From Escherichia coli (GTDB taxonomy: Bacteria > Pseudomonadota > Gammaproteobacteria > Enterobacterales > Enterobacteriaceae), in assembly GCF_013315695.1 (NCBI RefSeq), contig NZ_CP054354.1: 64,000 nucleotides of DNA. The stretch is one strand, 5' to 3'. The translations under genes and the position numbers were made by a program. The number at the start of each line of letters is the position of its first letter. Position 1 is the stretch's first letter. Positions 58,248 through 64,000 of the stretch are shown piece by piece. The notes beneath the pieces are model-generated. The model made no database searches, was not told the DNA's origin, and was given only the letters and a program-made list of their open reading frames with translations.

Positions 58248-58473
58248 AGAATAAATCCGGTATGTATCGGGTTACGGTATAAGACAGGTGGCTGGTAACA
58301 GGTCTTCAGATAAATATAATTTCATCAGGATATTGATGATGAACATTCATGTTCGGGGTGATTATGAAAACTAAAATATTCCGGTTCCGGAAATATAAAA
58401 AGAAAAACGTCCTGCTGCAAATGATAGTTTCCAGAAAACAAGTGATATTGTTTTTCAGAACTGGAACATTATT

Positions 58474-58809
58474 TTATTTCTTGCCTGTTATTGAAACATG
58501 TCCGGTTATGATCTCCGAATGGCAGGTATCAATAAAATCACTTTTCCCCGATTGTGTGTCAAAGTCAACGTGGGTGAATCTGTGTACATCCTGCCATATG
58601 GTGAAACAGACAGGACAGGTAACAGGTAGTTTACCTTCAGCTATTTTTTCGCAGCTTTCAACCAGTTGCTGCGCCTTGTTGTATCTGACGTTATAGCCAT
58701 TTGTGCAAAGCGTTTCATACCCATGAGCTCCTGTAACTATATGTGTGGCGATTCTTTCGTGGACTCTCCCATTAATTAATAATTGTTCACGTGTTGTGAT
58801 TGTTCTCAT
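58474..58809 (-). CDS. hypothetical protein with CxxC motif, 111 aa
   Basis: ORF in AT-rich stretch; ...CPVCFTIW... Confidence 0.35.
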   Translation of the reverse strand: MRTITTREQLLINGRVHERIATHIVTGAHGYETLCTNGYNVRYNKAQQLVESCEKIAEGKLPVTCPVCFTIWQDVHRFTHVDFDTQSGKSDFIDTCHSEIITGHVSITGKK

Positions 58810-58924
58810 GCCTGTTTCTCAATTGGTCATAACAGAAAATAATCTGCATTCCTGAAAAATATCGCGGTTGTGAAATATTTAATTTTTACCCCCTTTTATG
58901 GGGGATGAAAAGCAGGCTGTCAGG

Positions 58925-59167
58925 CTATAACTGAACGCGGTTTCTGGATTTTGGTGCTAATGTCACATCTTTCCATTCACAGCTGCTTCCGGGAATACGC
59001 TCTTTGCGTCGTATTATACGGGAGTTCTGACACACAATAATTAAGCCATTGTCTGCCGTCTGAAATGGCATTATAGCGATGTTTATATCTTCTGTTGCAG
59101 GAATATAACTGACTTTCTTTTCACATGTATTGGTGTATATGACAACTCTGAATTTTTCTGCGGACAT
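58925..59167 (-). CDS. hypothetical small protein
   Basis: Internal start MSAEKFRVVIY... of ORF 58925..59242; AT-rich stretch. Confidence 0.3.
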   Translation of the reverse strand: MSAEKFRVVIYTNTCEKKVSYIPATEDINIAIMPFQTADNGLIIVCQNSRIIRRKERIPGSSCEWKDVTLAPKSRNRVQL

Positions 59168-59247
59168 TTTCAATCCTCTTTTAAACCAGAATATCCCGTG
59201 AGGGCATTCTTTGTGAAAAAGATGCCGGAAAAATTCCGGCACGGGGA

Positions 59248-60942
59248 TTAAACCTGTTGTGGTTCTGAGTTATCCGGAGCGGTTACCGGTTCGCTGACAT
59301 CCGGAACCTTTTCCGGGGCAGGCATGACCAGTGGACGTGTCAGGGCTGTAAGTCCTTCACCGGATAAACCCACCTCTTTCAGCAGGGAGTCGATGAGCGG
59401 AGCCTGTGTACGGTAAGCCAGAGCGGCGGTTACTGCCTGTTCAGCGAGATTTCCGCCACTTATGTCGGTTGTTGCTGTTTTACCGCGGGTAACACCGCCA
59501 TTCAGACCATCCACCTGAATGATTTTAATACCGTCAATGGATTTCATTGGTTCTGTGGACTTCTCTATGACGGCAGGTAATGCATCCAGCAGGGCAAGAC
59601 GGAAGCGGAGGCTGGTCTGCTCATCCGAAAGCACGTTAATGGCATCGTTCAGTGCGCGCTGTGCTTCTGCTTCTGCCAGACCTTTCTGACGGGTGGCCTC
59701 CGCCAGTTCAATAATTGCTGCTGCCTGGAGTTCGGCTGCTTCTTTTTCAGCCTGTGCGCGAACCGTCAGTTCAACCGCTTTCGTTTCAGCTTCCTGAGCA
59801 GCAGCAATCAGGGCAACCTGTTTGGTACGGTCGGCCTCCGCAGTCTGGCGGGTGGTTTCCACATCCTGCTGGGCCTGTACGGCCTCAGCCAGTGCTTTAC
59901 TTGCCCGGGCTTCTGCCTGTGACTGCTCTTCCGATTTTGCCGCCACGGCAATGGCTCTGGCCTGGCTGGCGATTTCGGTTGCCTGCTGTTGCTCAATTTC
60001 CCGTATGGCCACTTCCCGTTCGGCTTCGACCTGGCGGGTACGCACTATCTGCTGTCGTTCGATTTCGGCTTCCTCTATCTTACGTTCAGCCAGAATTCGC
60101 GCGGATTCTGCTTCACGACGTCGTTCAGCTTCAATAGCAGCAATACTGGCACTCTGCTCTGCCGTACGGGTTTTTACCCGTTGTTGTTGCTCCAGAGTCA
60201 TGAAGGCTTCCTGCTGTTCAATCTCCAGACGTCGGGAGAGTGCATCCCGGTTTTTTTCCCTGATGGCCACTTCAACATCCTGCTCAACTTCGTTGCGTTC
60301 GCGACGACGACGTTCTGTTTCCTGGGTCAGAAGGGTCAGGCCTTCAGCATCAAAGGCATTGTCAGGATTAAAATGTACCCGTGCAGTCTGGTTGAAACTT
60401 GTCAGCGACACACTTTCAAGCTCCAGACCGTTTTTGGATAAGTCTTCCGCAACGGTGTTCTGCACACCCTGAACAAAGTTCTCGCGGGCATCCTGTAAAT
60501 CCTGCATGCTCATTCTGGCCGCCGTGGCCCGTAGGGCATCAACAAATTTATCCTCGACCAGACTACGCAGATCTTCAGGTGTGAGCGTGCGTTGTCCCAG
60601 CGTCTGGGCTGCAGTGGATATTCCTTCGGCTGATGGTTTTACCCGAAGAAAAAAGGCAACGGCAACATCAACACGCATGCGGTCGCGGGTTATGAGACTT
60701 TCAGCCGCTGCACGACTGACTTCCAGCTTCAGGGTGTTCATGTTGACGGGAATTGTTTCGTGAAAAATGGGCATAACAATTGCACCGCCACTCATTACCA
60801 CTTTTTGGCCTCCCAGACCTGTGCGGACAAAGGCCTGCTCTGCCGATGCCCGGCGGTACAGGCGGGCAAATATCAGCCCGATAACGAACAGGGTGAGGAC
60901 CAGCGCTATAACGGTAAACAACCATCCCGGAAGATTAAACAT
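59248..60942 (-). CDS. yqiK: flotillin-like SPFH-domain protein (YqiK-like)
   Basis: 564 aa; N-terminal TM, SPFH region, long Ala/Glu/Gln/Arg coiled coil. Confidence 0.7.
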   Translation of the reverse strand: MFNLPGWLFTVIALVLTLFVIGLIFARLYRRASAEQAFVRTGLGGQKVVMSGGAIVMPIFHETIPVNMNTLKLEVSRAAAESLITRDRMRVDVAVAFFLRVKPSAEGISTAAQTLGQRTLTPEDLRSLVEDKFVDALRATAARMSMQDLQDARENFVQGVQNTVAEDLSKNGLELESVSLTSFNQTARVHFNPDNAFDAEGLTLLTQETERRRRERNEVEQDVEVAIREKNRDALSRRLEIEQQEAFMTLEQQQRVKTRTAEQSASIAAIEAERRREAESARILAERKIEEAEIERQQIVRTRQVEAEREVAIREIEQQQATEIASQARAIAVAAKSEEQSQAEARASKALAEAVQAQQDVETTRQTAEADRTKQVALIAAAQEAETKAVELTVRAQAEKEAAELQAAAIIELAEATRQKGLAEAEAQRALNDAINVLSDEQTSLRFRLALLDALPAVIEKSTEPMKSIDGIKIIQVDGLNGGVTRGKTATTDISGGNLAEQAVTAALAYRTQAPLIDSLLKEVGLSGEGLTALTRPLVMPAPEKVPDVSEPVTAPDNSEPQQV

Positions 60943-60968
60943 AGTGAGAACCTCTGTATATGTCGGGA

Positions 60969-61589
60969 TTAAAGAACATCCGGCCAGGGATTCAGTTCGC
61001 CCAGCCAGCGGGAACCGGAAAGACGGCAGACAATAATCACTTTGTCTCCTCGTCTGAATTCTTTCCCGGCCTCCGGCTCCAGCAACAGGTAATGAACCTG
61101 CCCGAAGCGGTCTGTGAAGCGACCTTCACAGGGGGAACCCGCCACTGCGTGATAACCAGTGATGGTGGCCATACAGCCGATGAATGCCTCCTCGGTGAGC
61201 GCCGTTGTTTCATCACGGGGTAACCAGGGGGCAATCAGTCTGCCGGTGCGGTGTACGAGAGGACATGTCAGCAGCAGGCAAAGTGGTGCAAGGAGAATGT
61301 TCGGAGCAGGAGCCTGCAGCAGATGAATAATAAGACCCTGCAGGAGAATGCCGGATATACCAAAAAAACCTGCCAGCATACAGAGGACGATCAGCAGGGG
61401 GATCCGTCCGATGTTCAGCCAGTCCAGCGCCTCTCCTGTCAGACCCTCCGGTAAATCAGGTGTATCCATAGCTGAAGAGAGGGAGTGTCCGCAGAGCAGG
61501 GCGATAAGTTCAGCGATACCAGTAAGCAGAACAAAAGTCAGGGCTGCCAGATAGGGTGCGTTATACGCGGTAAGTAACGTCAGTGTCAT
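60969..61589 (-). CDS. yqiJ: NfeD-like membrane protein (YqiJ-like)
   Basis: 206 aa; multiple TM segments; immediately upstream of the flotillin gene, the conserved NfeD-SPFH pairing. Confidence 0.6.
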   Translation of the reverse strand: MTLTLLTAYNAPYLAALTFVLLTGIAELIALLCGHSLSSAMDTPDLPEGLTGEALDWLNIGRIPLLIVLCMLAGFFGISGILLQGLIIHLLQAPAPNILLAPLCLLLTCPLVHRTGRLIAPWLPRDETTALTEEAFIGCMATITGYHAVAGSPCEGRFTDRFGQVHYLLLEPEAGKEFRRGDKVIIVCRLSGSRWLGELNPWPDVL

Positions 61590-61855
61590 TTTTCCTCCTG
61601 TGGCAGGTCAGTCAAACAACATTATGGCGTGAAGCTTCCGCTTCTTTAATTGTCAGAAGAAGCATATCGTCAGTCATCAGAAGACAAGGGGATGTCTGCA
61701 GGAGGGGATGATAACAACAGAAGCCTCACGCCGGAATGCGCTTTATGACAACCGGAGAGGACGGATAATCAAAAATGGGACATCCACATCAGCAAACCGC
61801 GATTTGCGAAAAAAAGTCAGCGGAGAGTGGCTGCCGTTGTGGCTGTCCCGGTATT

Positions 61856-62518
61856 TCAGTGTAAAAGCAGACTGTTGTCCATGCCCCATTCCTCTTCCGC
61901 TAAACCTGAATGGCCCACATGAAGAATGCGTGACAGCATATTTCTGCCGCTGCCGTTCAGACTGCATTCGCGCCCGTGTGCGAGCATAAAACCTTCATCC
62001 CGGAATATCTCTTCAACCTCAGACGTGTTGATGGTGGCCGGATGGATTAATGAAAATGCCACCGGTCTGATCATTCTGCCCGTGGTGGAAAAGGTGTCCC
62101 CGGTGCTGTTCAGCTGCAGGATATGACGTTTCCCGGTCTGTGCGCGGGAAAGTGTCTCACTCAGTAACTGGTCATTCCATGCGCACGTGCCAATCTGCCA
62201 TCCCAGACTCCTGCACGTGGCAAGAGCCGAGCGGAAGCGGTACAGGTCGTATAATGCTGCGTTATTGCCACTTTCCAGCAGTGATTTCAGGGTGTTTGCT
62301 ACCGGTATGTCTGAATTGGTGGCCAGCAGTTTTCGCAGGGTAGTGAACTCTTCAGCCATTCCTCTGAACTCGCGCATCTGACGGGCAGTGTCAAGCCAGT
62401 TCAGCAGGTAACGCCGGCGACGCCGTTCGTTGTTTATGTTGTCCGGGGCGGTGGAGAGTGCTTCGAGCATATTCTCCAGTAACAGAATGACAGGGTTTTC
62501 CTGGGATAGAATGGTCAT
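61856..62518 (-). CDS. hypothetical protein, 220 aa
   Basis: ORF only. Confidence 0.4.
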   Translation of the reverse strand: MTILSQENPVILLLENMLEALSTAPDNINNERRRRRYLLNWLDTARQMREFRGMAEEFTTLRKLLATNSDIPVANTLKSLLESGNNAALYDLYRFRSALATCRSLGWQIGTCAWNDQLLSETLSRAQTGKRHILQLNSTGDTFSTTGRMIRPVAFSLIHPATINTSEVEEIFRDEGFMLAHGRECSLNGSGRNMLSRILHVGHSGLAEEEWGMDNSLLLH

Positions 62519-62658
62519 AAAGGCGTCCTGAAAAAATGCCCGACAGCCGCTCTCCGTACACCCTCAGGTGTCACCGGTGCCGGGCATTGTGGAAACAGAA
62601 GGGAAAAAAATCCCGGCCATAAAGGCCGGGAAAAGTCGTCAAATTAAGACAGCAATTT

Positions 62659-63300
62659 TCATGTCAACGCTCCGTCATCAGATACCAGGTGCAGGAGCAG
62701 GGCGATCCTCGACTCCGGCAGAGGCTGTGCATCAAGCCGGAGGAGGTACTGGTAACGCGCTTTTGTCAGCCAGAGGGTGGAGGCAGCATCCAGCTCCTCC
62801 CTGGCTGCCGGATTGAGCGCAGGATCCGGGTACACTTTCATCAAAGACTGAACGATATCCTCCCTGACGGTTTTGATTTCACCGGCCATTTTCACGAAGT
62901 CCAGAAAGGCACTGTGACGGCGAAGGTGAGTGAAGCTGTGGCTTTCGGGGTCTGCTTTCAGGAAAAAGTAACCGGGAAACACGGCGTGTATATGTCGACG
63001 GTAACCACAGACTTTATCCGTGCGGCGGACCTTTTTCAGTATCAGGGGTGTCCAGGGAAGGACGTGTTGTTCGGAAAGCCAGGAAAAGAGATGTTCGCGG
63101 TTTTTGCCGGCAGGGATGTACTGTGCCAGATACCAGTTGCGTTGATGTAATTCACTGATATTCAAAATCCGGAACGCTCCGCGAAAATCGATCCCCGCAG
63201 GGGGGCTTCGATGTTGTTGTGAACGGCGAATACATAAAGCATGTGTCGGAAACAGCGGCTGACCCACGTTCAGCCTGGCCTGCAGTTCTGACAGGCACAT
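62659..63300 (-). CDS. NusG/RfaH-family (NGN-domain) protein, ActX-like candidate
   Basis: 213 aa; WYLAQYIPAGKNREHLFSWLSEQ...HAVFPGYFFLKADPE resembles the NGN domain; lies at the head of the long minus-strand transfer block. Confidence 0.45.
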   Translation of the reverse strand: MCLSELQARLNVGQPLFPTHALCIRRSQQHRSPPAGIDFRGAFRILNISELHQRNWYLAQYIPAGKNREHLFSWLSEQHVLPWTPLILKKVRRTDKVCGYRRHIHAVFPGYFFLKADPESHSFTHLRRHSAFLDFVKMAGEIKTVREDIVQSLMKVYPDPALNPAAREELDAASTLWLTKARYQYLLRLDAQPLPESRIALLLHLVSDDGALT

Positions 63301-63437
63301 GATTTACGCACTCTTGTAAGCCTTGTGGACGGTTTCGAGGCGGGCGAAAACCGACAACTCCTGCAAACAGGATTAATGGCTGGAAAATATATCACATAAG
63401 GATGTATCTGTGGCAAGAGCGAAGATAAGCAGTTGAA

Positions 63438-63700
63438 TAGATCGTTATATTTGATAAGACAGAATATTATTCTGTATTTGATGTTGTGTGCGGGATATTA
63501 GATCGTTTAAAAAAATTCGGCGATCTCTTCTACTGGAAAAGAAGAAAAAAGCAGCATAAAAGATCGTTTGTGAAATTGTTCATTTTTTTGACAGAGTTCA
63601 AAAAAACGACGCTTTTTAGGGGGTTAAAGAGGGCAACTGTAACTCTGAGAAATCGTGTCGGCTTTTCAAAGCGGTGGAAAAGGGGTATATTGCGGATCGT
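63438..63700. promoter_or_regulatory. four (A/G)GATCGTT motifs, the first three spaced 60-61 bp apart
   Basis: GATC at 63440, 63501, 63561 and 63695 each followed by GTT; AT-rich region upstream of the NusG-like gene. Confidence 0.3.
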
Positions 63701-64000
63701 TATTCAGTGGCTTTTGGGATCCTCGCGGTCCGGAAAGCCAGAAAACGGCAGAATGCGCCATAAGGCATTCAGGACGTATGGCAGAAACGACGGCAGTTTG
63801 CCGGTGCCGGAAGGCTGAAAAAAGTTTCAGAAGACCATAAAGGAAAACCCCCACTATTTTTCCTCGAACTTGGCGGAACGCAGAAAAATAATGGGGGCCT
63901 CACAGAATACGGGATAAGTATATATGAAACCGTACCAGAGATTCAACCCTGTGCAGTGTATAAATACACGGCACAATCGCTCCGCCATAAGCGACAGCTT

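Noticed and set aside
63486-63818. 110-aa basic + strand ORF
   Set aside because: Lies in the AT-rich promoter and GATC-repeat region; composition-driven, no RBS; likely spurious.
1-64000. CRISPR arrays, tRNA or rRNA genes, integrase or att sites
   Set aside because: No regularly spaced direct repeats with unique spacers, no cloverleaf-like or rRNA-like segments and no tyrosine- or serine-recombinase-like ORF were seen; plasmid versus integrated element therefore stays undecided.

Overview
The window reads as a near-contiguous stretch of an I-type (IncI/R64-like, Dot/Icm-related) conjugative element; whether it is a plasmid or an integrated element cannot be decided from this window. All calls rest on reading the six-frame translations, on motifs, and on gene order and size compared with the R64 transfer region as I remember it; no searches were run. 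Layout: (1) leading region 1-8.1 kb with psiB-psiA (4-nt overlap), ardA, an Rpn nuclease module, an XRE-like regulator, several unknown ORFs and two ~320-bp GC-rich noncoding repeats; (2) a candidate oriT at 8.12-8.34 kb with a perfect 11-bp inverted repeat beside an ATCCTG nick-like motif, followed by nikA and nikB; (3) convergent trbC-trbB-trbA, with a 9-bp tandem repeat inside trbA; (4) a ~7.5-kb accessory stretch between trbA and excA holding two tandem DinQ/TisB-like small-peptide genes, a secreted thermonuclease, a small-gene operon, a Hok-like toxin ORF missed by the ORF track, and an AT-rich 528-aa protein combining a sigma-70 region-4 HTH with a PD-(D/E)xK motif; (5) one long minus-strand transfer block excA-traY...traL-sog-traKJIH-OMP-pilV...pilL (type IVb thin pilus), with no rci recombinase or shufflon evident; (6) upstream of pilL an AT-rich islet, a yqiJ/yqiK-like NfeD/flotillin pair, a NusG-like gene and periodic GATCGTT motifs. 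No rRNA, tRNA, CRISPR array or IS element was seen. The most promising leads for something undescribed are the AT-rich 528-aa HTH-nuclease protein, the Rpn module with a standalone tail gene, the tandem small-peptide locus, and the uncharacterised leading-region ORFs next to psiBA and ardA.
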